Shown piece by piece: positions 1 through 9,543 of a stretch of 41,350 bases of DNA. Position numbers and translations under genes: made by a program. How positions within the stretch are numbered: position 1 is the first letter of the stretch; each line of letters starts with the position of its first letter. The notes beneath the pieces are model-generated. The model was not told the DNA's origin, searched no databases, and saw only the letters and a program-made list of their open reading frames with translations. The stretch lies in contig NW_024705476.1 in assembly GCF_018977255.1 (NCBI RefSeq), positions 1 through 41,350 on the forward strand, given 5' to 3'. Source of the DNA: Callorhinchus milii (lineage: Eukaryota).

Positions 1-2074
1 GATCGGAATAAGGCAATTAATCGTATGCAGTTATGCAGGTGTGGTGTAAGTATGCAAGATTAACTTAGATTAACTCGGCATCGTTGTCTAGGTTCGTCTC
101 ATTCTCGCTTTAACATTCCCAGAGTGTGTATTCGTGGTTATATTTTAGGTCCCCGGTTCACCCCGTTATCGCTTTAACATTTACTGAGTATGTATTAGTG
201 TGTTTATTAAGGTCACCAAGTTCAGATCTCAACGCAGAAGCAGATCTTATGCATAGATTTCAGGAAAGAATCACACAACCACTTCTGTATTGATCAATTT
301 ATTACTAATTCAACCTTAACTATGATATAGTATGCGAACTCTCAATCCCGGAACGTCAACACGGCATCAATACAGTATCATCAACGATTGTCTGATTTCA
401 CTTTGACAACGGCACATGGATCCCGCATAACGCGATGGTTGTTAGTGAGAGAGAGAGTCGTTAAAATATGCAAATACTATGCTAAGAAAACCTTAACGTT
501 AATGAATGATTATACTCAATATTGTTCACGCAGTACCGCACTCCTTATTGATCATACGCAACCCTTATCACGTTGTTAGCACCTTGGGTCACGGGACAGT
601 TGAATATTCTGTAGAGGATGCGAGTACGTGCGGCGATTATGACTGAAAGATACTTGAAAGATTATACGGCGATAAAAAAACACAATCAAAAACAGTTATT
701 ATTCTTAAAGGCACCAATCTCAACAGATACATCGGCAGGTTATCTGACAACAGAACGGCTCGGAGTAAGGGCCTGCGACGGTGCTCCTTTTCCGAAGATC
801 GTTATCTTATACCAAGTTTACTAATTGGGGACCAGATCACCTGATAAGGATCCGGTGGGCCACCACTCCCCACGTGAGCGTGGCTCGGCGGAAGGAGGTG
901 CCAAGAATCAGTTCGTATTGATGGATCTGTTGGGAATTTATGCGATTAAGAGTACAGCCCACTAAATATTAAAGATAAAAATTACGAATACTCTTATAAA
1001 CGACGGATGGCCATCACTCGGTCTCGTTGTGATGCCTTCCCAGCCACGGATGGCTTATGGGTTCGAGTGTGTTTGAGTGGTAAGAGTTGTCTTGAATAGT
1101 CAGTGTTCGGAGTCGATTCTTTATGTCAAACAGACGCCTGGTGGTCGTGTGGTGAGGGGGCGGTGCGCGTCATACGTATCAGTCGCTCCCCTGTCACCGT
1201 GGTGAACTGGTTAGGATGCCCGTTGATACGCTGTCGCAGTTCGGAACCCGGTCGGTAGGTGGCGCCCACAACTCGCTCGCAGCGTGCAGTGTTGGGTCGT
1301 CGCCAAACCGCGACCCTCACCACTCCGGCGGCAGCAGAGACCTCCGACTCGGCAGAGGTTGACCCACGCAGGCCGAGTTGAGCTGTCAAGCGGGTCTTGC
1401 CCGCCTGCAGAGGAGATGGGGAGCCGCTTGAGTCGAGCCCCGAGAGCCGGCTTTGGTAAGCCGATCGAACTCGGCTGAGTCCCAGACGAGCTGAAGAAGA
1501 GTCGAGCCGACCCGCTGGTCGCAGCTCGCTCCTGAGCCGACCCTCCCGGTCGAGCTCGCTCCTGGGTCGACCCGCTGGTCGCCCTCGCTCCTGAGTCGAC
1601 CTGCTGGTCGCACTCCTGAGTCGACCCGCTGGTCGCACTAGTTTCCAATGCTCAGGATCCTTTCCTTTATGCCGAAAAATCCCCCTGGATCCCGCCCACA
1701 AGGCGGGGCTTCTTTCGATTTTTGCTGTGTCAGGATCTGTCCGTAGGCAGGTGTGTCCATGTGTGTGTCCGTACGTCCGTATGTCCTTGTGTGCATCACC
1801 CACGGTATATTCCGTTGTCACACTCCCTCCATAAACCCACGAGCAAACAATCAGATGTTACAAATTGCCTCGAGGTCATCTCTCTGTCTGGGTGCAATAT
1901 TATCTCTTGTCTGGCCTTCTTCATGAACCCAAAACACAGACGTTACAAATCGTCTCATAGGCGTCTTTGTTCGTGTTGCACAACCTGGAGGGAGGGGCAA
2001 CACTCTCTCCGACCCGGCGCACAAAGAAATGGTTAAAAAGTTTTAAGTTAACATTTGTCCCTTACTATTCCACA
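1..2074 (-). mobile_element. Diverged long LTR related to the array LTR (U5 end runs off the window start; right boundary approximate)
   Basis: Shares motifs with the array LTR in the same order: TAGTGTGTTTATTA..CCAAGTTCAGATCTCA (~197-231) vs ~3587-3626, GGAAAGAA, and TAGTATGCGAA. Minus strand has AATAAA (298-303), CATAAA (1666-1671) and GC boxes (1691-1707). Candidate terminus ...TTCCACA at 2074. Confidence 0.6.
1504..1639. repeat. Five 25-30-bp tandem units (GAGYCGACCCGCTGGTCGC...CTCCT), each with a CGACC/GGTCG palindrome
   Basis: Read directly from the sequence. Confidence 0.85.
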
Positions 2075-2088
2075 GTTATGATTCTGTA

Positions 2089-2887
2089 TGTAACCTAAGG
2101 TCTGTCGTTTCCCATCGTGGTGCTTGACTCAAGTGGAGGTGTTTCCCCGAGCGTATACACACTCCTATCCCGCGCTGCGGGGATACAAAGACGGCCGGGA
2201 TCTCCCTTTCTCTCCGACCCTGGGTTTAACATCGTTTTTTATTATGTATTTATATTCGACCTGGTGGTGATTCATCCCGTTATCCTGGCTTTTCATAAGT
2301 TTTACCTTTTGTCTTTTCATGCATATGCTTCGGGTCGAGTTGTATAGAAAGTATTAAAGTGTAATAAAAGGACTCGAACACTTCTTTCTGTCTTCGTGTC
2401 TTTATTCAGGTTCACGTCTTTACCCACACGGCACTCTGTTATAACTCCTGTATTTGTAGCCCCCGGCTATTCACTGCTATTATAGCTTCCTCTCCCCTCT
2501 GACTCTCTGCTTCATCTACTGTAACCTCCTCCCTGCAGACTCGCTGCTACCCCTATGCAGACCCCCGCTGCTACCCCTATGTGCAGACCCTCTGGCTGTC
2601 ACTGTATGCAGACCCGCTGCCCACCCTCTCTGTGCAGCCCCGCTGCTGACTGCAGCCTCCTCGCTGCTTCGGGTCGGTCACCGCTGGCCTACGGTGCCGA
2701 TCCTCGCTCCCCCCGTGTTCGTGGCGATCTCGCCACACCCCGCTTCGCCCTTCGTGGCCTTCCTCTGTTCCTGGTTCCCCGTCACTCCCCTTGCTCTTCC
2801 GGTTCCCCTCCTTCTATACTCAACCCCTCTGCCCCCACGTGACCTAACTCCTCCCCCCTTGACGGCACCTCAGAAGGGCCGTTTACA
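2089..2887 (-). mobile_element. LTR-like element (probable solo LTR of another family; left end either 2089 or 2341)
   Basis: TGTAAC...GTTTACA termini. Minus strand has TATA-like TATAGAAGG (~2811-2819) and AATAAA (~2401-2406). Degenerate ~23-bp GCAGACCCGCTGC repeats at 2535-2660. No TSD found. Confidence 0.45.
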
Positions 2888-3706
2888 ACCGCATTACAAA
2901 AGTATGGAAATAACATTTCATATTGACTTAATGATGGTGATGGTTCAGTAGGCGTAACTTGTGGCCTGGTTTAATTGGAGTGGGTGTGAATATCAATAAC
3001 TTTAGCCTACCCTGTTGTTAAATTCCGACTTTAACGTTACTTTAATAGCAATACAGAATAATTGAGCTTTTTGTCTTAACTAGGCGAACGCGAACTTCTG
3101 GTGACCCCCGCAGCCTTGTTGTTCAGCTGGGTCTGCCTCCTTGAGAGATATACAACACTCTTTTAAATCAGCTGTGGCCATCCAACCTTCTGCTCTGGGA
3201 GTGTTATTCTTAATTTCAGGACAAAGGCCCCCTCACGTTCAGACGTGCAGGGTTGTTTAAATCAGCTCCCTCCCCTGTGCACACAGCCTTGAGCTGACTG
3301 TTGTATGTGTTGTGTTATGAAATTTTGATAAAAATAATAAAAATTAATAATTTTCCGAAAAATGCGCAAATCGCATTAATTATGATAGTGTGTGTATTAA
3401 TATGCATAAATTATGATAATGCGTGTAATTTATATGCATAAATTATGATAATCGTAGTAATTTATGCGGATGCTTGCGGTTATGTTAATGTGTGCAGTTA
3501 TGTTAATTAGGCTTGGTTTCGTTTATCCAGGGTTATATCAATCAGGATAACACGATTATCATCGATTAAACATTTGCTGATTATCTTAGTGTGTTTATTA
3601 TTTTTAGTCTCCAGGTTCAGATCTCATCACAGGATACAGTTGTCAAGAATAAGACAGTTTTGCATGGACTTGGAAAGAAGCACTCGAACAGTTGGTGTTA
3701 AGCAAT

Positions 3707-3712
3707 TTTAAT
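3707..3712 (-). terminator. Probable LTR polyadenylation signal ATTAAA (repeated in each LTR)
   Basis: Positionally homologous to AATAAA at 298-303 in the related LTR; followed on the minus strand by GT/T-rich TGTTCGAGTGCTTCTTT. Confidence 0.5.
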
Positions 3713-4236
3713 TCTAAACAAGCACATGACACTCTAGTATGCGAAAGCGAGTATACGTCAATAAATTCATGGGCAATCTTATGCAATTAACGAAATTGAA
3801 TGACTAAAAATACTTCTTCATTGGCGAAATTATGCAGTTAACGAAAATGAATGACTAAAACATTTCTTATTCATGCAACTCGACGGCAGCAACTGCTTTG
3901 CACGATCAGTTGATTTTGAACGCACCACCTCGAAATGGCAACCCTTTTTGAAACGCAAAGATCACTTTTTGAAAGTCTTATTCGTGTGCGTGCTGTGTGT
4001 GCGTTGTCCTCTCGTAATATTAATTGTGTCGTTAGCTTGTGTGGTGTAGGAGGATACAAACAGCGGCCAGGTGTTCCTCTCGATTGGGCGTGGCCGCCGC
4101 AAGCTCCTGCTGCTCCCTCGCTCGGCGTGTCGCTCGGCTTTTGCTCTCTCTCTCTCTCTCCACTGCTGGATTGAGCGGCGTTGGCACGATGCTGTCCTTG
4201 AAGATGCTCGGTCGCTCGTGTCACTCGGTGTCGCTC

Positions 4237-4306
4237 GGTGGCGCACGGTGGCGCCCGGTGGCGCACGGTGGCGCAGGGTGGCGCACGGTGGCGCAAGGTG
4301 GCGCAC
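4237..4306. repeat. 7 x 10-bp GGTGGCGCAN tandem repeat within the LTR (also 10481-10550 and 28382-28451; degenerate in LTRs 3 and 4)
   Basis: Read directly from the sequence. Confidence 0.95.
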
Positions 4307-4540
4307 GCGCTTTCTTGGTGGCAGCCCCCGGCTTCTCCACTGCTCGATTGATTGTTGAGTCGGCACGATGCTCGCCGTCGCTCTGGACGTCTTGTGTGTT
4401 CACACTGGTCGTTGGTCGGTGTGCCCTCAGGCACACGGCGCATTCGATGTCGCTGTCCTCTCCCTCGCAGCCGTTTGACCAGGCTTCCTCCACTGCTTCG
4501 CGCTCTCTGCTTTGCTCGCTTGGTCGACGCTTGGCGATCT

Positions 4541-4563
4541 CCGCCCTTTTACAGGTTGATTGC
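4541..4563 (-). promoter_or_regulatory. Candidate LTR promoter core (GCAAT, TGTAAAAG, GGGCGG)
   Basis: Minus strand reads GCAATCAACCTGTAAAAGGGCGG; TATA-like variant only, not experimentally supported. Confidence 0.3.
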
Positions 4564-6033
4564 TTATCGTCACTCGTCACTCTCTCTCTGCTCCGTGTTC
4601 CTTTTGTTCGTGCGGCTGCCAGCTTTACTCGCACTTAACTTCGTTCTGCGAGAAGCGACACCTGCTATCGGCATCGGTGTTTCGTGTCCTCACGACGCTC
4701 CACCAGCCGGAGCACGGCTGAAACCCAGCCCCGACCCAGGTTGAACTCAGACTTCTGCGACTCGAACGACTCCTTCTCGTTCCATCACTTCTCGAGGCAC
4801 AACCGCCCCAGCTCTCTTGCGAGCCCCCGTCGCAACGCTGCGTCGCAAGCCGAGTTGCGAGACTGAGCGCGACTCGAACAGACTGCTCTCAGACTGTCAC
4901 TTTAACGATGTCTCGTCGTTCCATCTCTCCTCGAGGCACGACTGCCACAGCTCCCTTGCGTGCCCCGTCGCAACGCTGAGCTCGGCTCGGACTAGACTGC
5001 TCGTTCGCTGTGTGTGTCTAACTTAAAACGTGACTCCCTTCTCTCTGCATTCCTTGCGAGCGGGCAACAAAAAAAAACAACAAACAGAGCGAGAAGAACC
5101 AGACACCGGTGCGATCCCTCCTCGTGACCTTTTCCTAACCCTCCAAGCATTCCTGGGCCATCTGTTTGTGCTGCGGGGAGACAAAGGCGGCCGTGCTTAA
5201 CTCAAACACGCGAGCACCCACTCGTTTCTCCGCGTCTCTTGCGAGAGAAAACAAACCATGTCAGCACAAACCCCCCCCGCCCCTTGTGACCTTTTGCTCC
5301 CTCCTTGCTTGTCAGGCCCTGCTGGAAGACAAAGGTGGCTGAGGAGATGTTTGCAATACATTTATGTGGTCCTGTGTGTTACATTTATTCTTGAATTATA
5401 TTTTATGAGTTCCTTCGGTCTTGGTATCGTGGTTATCATTCGTCTATGTTTAATGAATATTCGTAATGCTCCTCGTCACATTATTATTTTGGGGCTTCGC
5501 TCAGTTTAGTTCTCCAGAGATTGGTGTTTATTCCGAGTTAATTTTTTTATGTCCTGAGGTTAAGTGCACGCACTTAAGCTTTCTGGAATTCGTACTCTTT
5601 AGTTTTTCGGAAGGTCGTGTAGATAGGAAACATATACTTCTAAATAATATGTATGCGGTGAATATAAGGGAATTACTAATAATAATATTATTGTTTGTTG
5701 GTTAATTATCTATGTTAAGTTTCTACTTTTCGGTAAGGAAAACGTTAAGAAAACGCGAGTTTCAACCGTTGTTTGCTCTGCACCTTATCTGTACATCTCC
5801 AGATGTCTTTGGGAGGTTAGTCCATACATCTTTTGTCTATCTGGATGTCTATGACCTCTCTGTCACCGACTTCTTACCAGTTTAATGGCCGTTTCACAGA
5901 TTCCTGGTGTGTTTGTAGTGGGTTGTTTTCAATTTTTAATTAAAAGGTATATATAGATATAATAAAAAGAGAATTTTTTTTTTCCTTAATTATTCTTAAT
6001 ATTAATAACGGAAAACAGGGCATAGATCCAACA

Positions 6034-6088
6034 AACCGCCCTTTTAAAAATTTTCAGTGGTCGATTCGGCCACTGGCGAATTTTTAAA
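6034..6088 (-). promoter_or_regulatory. Polypurine tract (AAAAGGGCGGA/T) with an upstream hairpin; repeated at 12278, 18090 and 24063
   Basis: Purine-rich run abuts the LTR TG on the minus strand. Inverted repeat TTTAAAAATT-CAGTGGTCGA / TCGGCCACTG-AATTTTTAAA at 6043-6088. Confidence 0.7.
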
Positions 6089-6190
6089 CAAAGTAAATGC
6101 CCTGTTTTTTTTCGTTATAAATCCATCAGCCGCCCTCACTCTCGGCGGTTATTTCTTACGACGCGCGTGCACGTATTACAGTCTTGATAT

Positions 6191-6416
6191 GGTTACATTT
6201 GAATTGAGCAAAGAAAATTAAACAAACGTTAAACATCGATATTGCGTTACATCGGTTCTCATACATCATAACTCCGACGAATATTCATTTTTGTTTTTGC
6301 TTAACATGGTTACATTTGAATTGAGCAAAGAAAATTAAACAAACGTTAAACATCGATATTGCGTTACATCGGTTCTGATACATCATAACTCCGACGAATA
6401 TTCATTTTTGTTTTTG
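6191..6416. repeat. 117-bp-period tandem duplication in the gag 3' UTR
   Basis: GGTTACATTTGAATTGAGC... at 6191 and 6308. Single copy in units 2 and 4; a garbled second copy in unit 3. Confidence 0.9.
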
Positions 6417-9185
6417 TTAAATCCTGGGAAACGCTAGGTAGCGGTTTCGAACGCATTTATGCGTTACCTTCCTCATGTTGCCTCGTTTACCACTTATCAC
6501 TTTGATAATTCGATCACGGTTTTCGGGTTCGTTTTTGTAGTTTCCTCTCTCACTCTCTCGCGTCGTGGGAGTGTGTGGTGAAAAATTGTGCTGCATATAA
6601 CCAGAATTCGCGCACACGACCCACTTTGACACTTGGTTCGAGGCATTCGCTCTCTCTGCGATTACATGCACATTTGCCGAGTCAGTGTGTCGATTTAATT
6701 CTGTCCCTCGTAATGTTGCCCTCTTTGTTTTTACGAGTGTGTTGGATTTCAACACCATTCCCGATACGTCATGGACATTCGTCTCCATTTTAGCACTCCG
6801 ATCCACATAATTTTTGGTTTCCCTTGGATATTTTCCATTCAAAGGCTCATGCCTGCGCTCCTCAGGGCGTGTCCCTGCTGTCTGTTTTTGTACTGTCCGA
6901 TCACGCTTCAATGCAACCCTGTCCTTGTATTCGATCCGCGCATCATTTACGGGAGCACTGTCCACGTGTTTGCCCGCCCTGTCACTTGCAGCCTGCCTGT
7001 ATTTCCCGATGAGCTCAGGGTTTAACAAAACTTCAGCGTGCGTGGCGCGTATGGGCTGCCCGCTCTCAATCACTGTGGATGGTTCATCACGTATTTGGAC
7101 CGCATTCTGTGTTATTCCTCTATTCCCTCCTGGTATAGCCGGTGGAGGAATTGGTCGGAATTGGATCGATTGTGTTTGACCTCCCATCCTGCGATTCTCC
7201 TGAATGTTCGCATCCATACCTCCGCGGTCTGTGTAACACCTTCCCGCTAGGTGGTTATCTTCCCATCTCTGTGCGTAATTTGAACCTTGCGTGTGTCGTG
7301 GGATGGGGTGTTGATATGGTTCTGCTCTGAACCTCTCCCTCCTGCGATTCTCGTACATTTTTGGCCCAGTATTTCTCCCATTTGGGTGCCAAATTTTTCC
7401 TGGATTGTTACTTCGCCATCCCTGTGGGTAATCTTGACCTTGCGCATGTCGGGGCATGGGGTGTTGATATGGTTCTGCTCTGAACCTCTCCCTCCTGCGA
7501 TTCTCGTACATTTTTGGCCCAGTGTTTCTCCCATTTGGGTGCCAAATTTTTTTTGGATCGTTACTTCGCCATCCCTGTGGGTAATTTTGACCTTGCGTGT
7601 GTCGGGGCATGGGGTGTTGATATGATTCTGCCCTTGGCCTCCACATTCTGTGATTCTCCTGAATGTTCGGCTTTGTGCCGCTCTCATTCTCGTGCCAACC
7701 TCTCTCTGGTTTATTTTGCCATGTGTGCGTGCGTTTCTGCTCCTCCCTGCATCGTGGGACTGCTCGGTGATTTTTATTTCTCTCTGAGAGGCTGGGTTCC
7801 TTATCCCTCTCCCTGTGTTCTGGATCCGAATTATGACTCTTAGCTCTGTATAACCATGCCATGTACGCCTTGCTCTCTATGCGGTGTAAGGATGCGGTTT
7901 CTGGATTCAAAACCATCCTCACCCTTTCTGTAATCTCTGGGCTCAAGGATTCAAAAAACATAATTTTGAACATTTTATCTCCTTCGTGGTATTGATTCAC
8001 ATCGCCTGCATAATACGCTCTTTTAAATTGGACGAGGTAGTCACGTGGATCTTGGTCCATGCCCTGGGTCATCGATTTTACAGCATAAAACCCTTCAGTG
8101 AGTGTCGAATATTCTCCAAACTTCCGAATCACTGCCAGGCTTAATTGTTTAAAATCATTTCTAACCTTGTGTGGTAGTGACTTTACCCATGGAATAGATT
8201 CTTTATGTAAGGTCCGTTTCAACAAACTCGCTTTTTCATCCCGTCTCCTCAGCCCTCTAATCATTGCCTCCTCTTCTACGGTTGCGATATGTGTGTGGAT
8301 ATCCATAGTCTTATTGTGGGGGTCAAAATCGGGAATTCTGACTAGAGCCTTGTCCATCAATTTAAGGGTTTTACTGGTGAATAGGTATTCCGAAAGTTGA
8401 TTGCCGACAGCGTCATCATCAAACAAGTTATCATCAGGCAATCTGTCACTTTGGTCTGTGCTGTGTCGCTTGTGTTTAAGTGGTGTGCATTTTCTGTGTG
8501 CGCGCCCAGTGCCGTGTCGCTCGTGTTGCCATTTCCCTTCAGTTTTTGCCTCTGCCCTTAGTGTACCATGTCCTGGCGATTTTACTTTAACATTTTTCCT
8601 CCCTCTATCTGTGAAGTTGTCAGTCTCACATGTTTTTGTTTGCATATGTATCTCTCCATCCCTTCTCTCGAATTGTGAGGGTTTCCCTTTGTCAAGGATT
8701 TTTTGTTCGATATCCATAATTTTTGTGCGATCAATCCCTGGACTCTGTCCACGTACCCAAGAGTGTGATTTAATGTCACTTCCATATTTATTCTGTGGAT
8801 CCACGTCTGTGAGTTTCGCTGGTGTCGCGAGCACTGATTTCTCATCCCTCTCGAGGGTGTGAGGACATTTCTCCTCGTTTATTAGAGACGATTTCTCTCC
8901 CGTTTCCTTTCCAAATTTTCCCTCATTCCACAATCCCTGTCTGTATGCCTGTGTGAGAAGGAATGAGTCCTGTCCTGCCTTCTCTGCAGTTTTTGCATCG
9001 TGTTCGCCTTCGTTACCTTTTATCCAGTCAATTAGTTTCCCCCGAGGTGTGTTCGTGTTATCGATACAGCTCCCTTCCCATATGTCTCTCTGACTGTACT
9101 GCTTTGTAACAGATTGGTCGGTACGTTTAAATACGAGCTCCCCGCATCCCGTAACCCATTCAAAAATTATTCTCAATCCTAGCAT
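6417..9185 (-). CDS. gag: Gag-like protein, 922 aa, intact (unit 1)
   Basis: Long ATG-initiated ORF between PBS and PPT. Capsid-like helical core (IPDFDP...WVKSLP...DFKQLSLAVIRKFG...MHR-like QGMDQDPRDYLVQFKRAY...FFESLSPEI) resembles Ty3/Gypsy-type Gag. No CCHC, YxDD or integrase motifs. Confidence 0.82.
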   Translation of the reverse strand: MLGLRIIFEWVTGCGELVFKRTDQSVTKQYSQRDIWEGSCIDNTNTPRGKLIDWIKGNEGEHDAKTAEKAGQDSFLLTQAYRQGLWNEGKFGKETGEKSSLINEEKCPHTLERDEKSVLATPAKLTDVDPQNKYGSDIKSHSWVRGQSPGIDRTKIMDIEQKILDKGKPSQFERRDGEIHMQTKTCETDNFTDRGRKNVKVKSPGHGTLRAEAKTEGKWQHERHGTGRAHRKCTPLKHKRHSTDQSDRLPDDNLFDDDAVGNQLSEYLFTSKTLKLMDKALVRIPDFDPHNKTMDIHTHIATVEEEAMIRGLRRRDEKASLLKRTLHKESIPWVKSLPHKVRNDFKQLSLAVIRKFGEYSTLTEGFYAVKSMTQGMDQDPRDYLVQFKRAYYAGDVNQYHEGDKMFKIMFFESLSPEITERVRMVLNPETASLHRIESKAYMAWLYRAKSHNSDPEHRERDKEPSLSERNKNHRAVPRCREEQKRTHTWQNKPERGWHENESGTKPNIQENHRMWRPRAESYQHPMPRHTQGQNYPQGWRSNDPKKIWHPNGRNTGPKMYENRRRERFRAEPYQHPMPRHAQGQDYPQGWRSNNPGKIWHPNGRNTGPKMYENRRRERFRAEPYQHPIPRHTQGSNYAQRWEDNHLAGRCYTDRGGMDANIQENRRMGGQTQSIQFRPIPPPAIPGGNRGITQNAVQIRDEPSTVIESGQPIRATHAEVLLNPELIGKYRQAASDRAGKHVDSAPVNDARIEYKDRVALKRDRTVQKQTAGTRPEERRHEPLNGKYPRETKNYVDRSAKMETNVHDVSGMVLKSNTLVKTKRATLRGTELNRHTDSANVHVIAERANASNQVSKWVVCANSGYMQHNFSPHTPTTRESERGNYKNEPENRDRIIKVISGKRGNMRKVTHKCVRNRYLAFPRI
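7190..7665 (-). repeat. 153-bp (51-aa) coding tandem repeat, about 3 copies plus a partial one
   Basis: GTTGATATG recurs at ~7310, 7463 and 7616; peptide RAEPYQHPMPRHxQGQxYPQGWRSNxPxKIWHPNGRNTGPKMYENRRRERF. Confidence 0.92.
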
Positions 9186-9520
9186 CTTAGGTATGGCGGA
9201 AGTTACTTTGACATTTCTTTTCAGAGTGCATATAAAACAATTATCTCACAGAGTGTAGTCAATTTGACTCGAGCTATCTGTTATTTTCCGATTCAGAGTG
9301 CGTACCTCTAACACCATTTATCAGAGGATGCAATTGGTTTGATACGATATTATCTTAATTCCACTGTCTCTGTTTTAACCTGCTATTCTGGGTTTTAACC
9401 TTAGAGGGCGTTTTTTAGTTTTCCGCCCGTTCACAATCACCATGCAATGTTCGATCCTGATATTCTGGTTAACACGAAGTGATTCATTCCATCATCCATG
9501 CAAAACACTGTCTGCGAGAG

Positions 9521-9540
9521 ATCCCGGACGACGCCACCCA
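9521..9540 (-). promoter_or_regulatory. Primer-binding site, tRNA-Pro-like (also 15487-15506, 21240-21257, 27422-27441)
   Basis: TGGGTGGCGTCGTCCGGGAT lies 3 nt after the LTR CA. It equals the canonical Pro PBS TGGGGGCTCGTCCGGGAT plus two single-base insertions. Confidence 0.75.
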
Positions 9541-9543
9541 TTA

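Larger units (their letters stand above)
3299..6033 (-). repeat. LTR 1 (3'-most LTR, 2735 bp)
   Basis: TGTTGTATG...GATCCAACA with a 5-bp terminal inverted repeat (TGTTG/CAACA); near-identical to LTRs 2 and 5. Confidence 0.93.

Noticed and set aside
1504..1639. CRISPR-like palindromic repeats
   Set aside because: Units are contiguous without unique spacers, there are no cas genes, and the context is eukaryotic.
1126..1821. 231-aa and 145-aa repetitive ORFs
   Set aside because: Non-ATG starts, open in several frames because of GC-rich tandem repeats inside an LTR; no domain signal.
3099..3113. TGGTGACCCC resembling a tRNA-Trp PBS
   Set aside because: Match is only ~10 nt and is not preceded by an LTR CA terminus.
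3871..4744. Overlapping 130-199-aa ORFs in each LTR as accessory genes
   Set aside because: Stop-poor GC-rich sequence open on both strands with low-complexity translations; identity between copies only reflects recent duplication.
8405..8445. CTGATGA on the minus strand within gag as a retrozyme hammerhead
   Set aside because: No stem II or GAAA follows; it simply encodes PDD. I found no hammerhead in the array by eye.
6575..8862. Plus-strand ORFs antisense to gag
   Set aside because: Shadow frames of the long ORF and its repeats.
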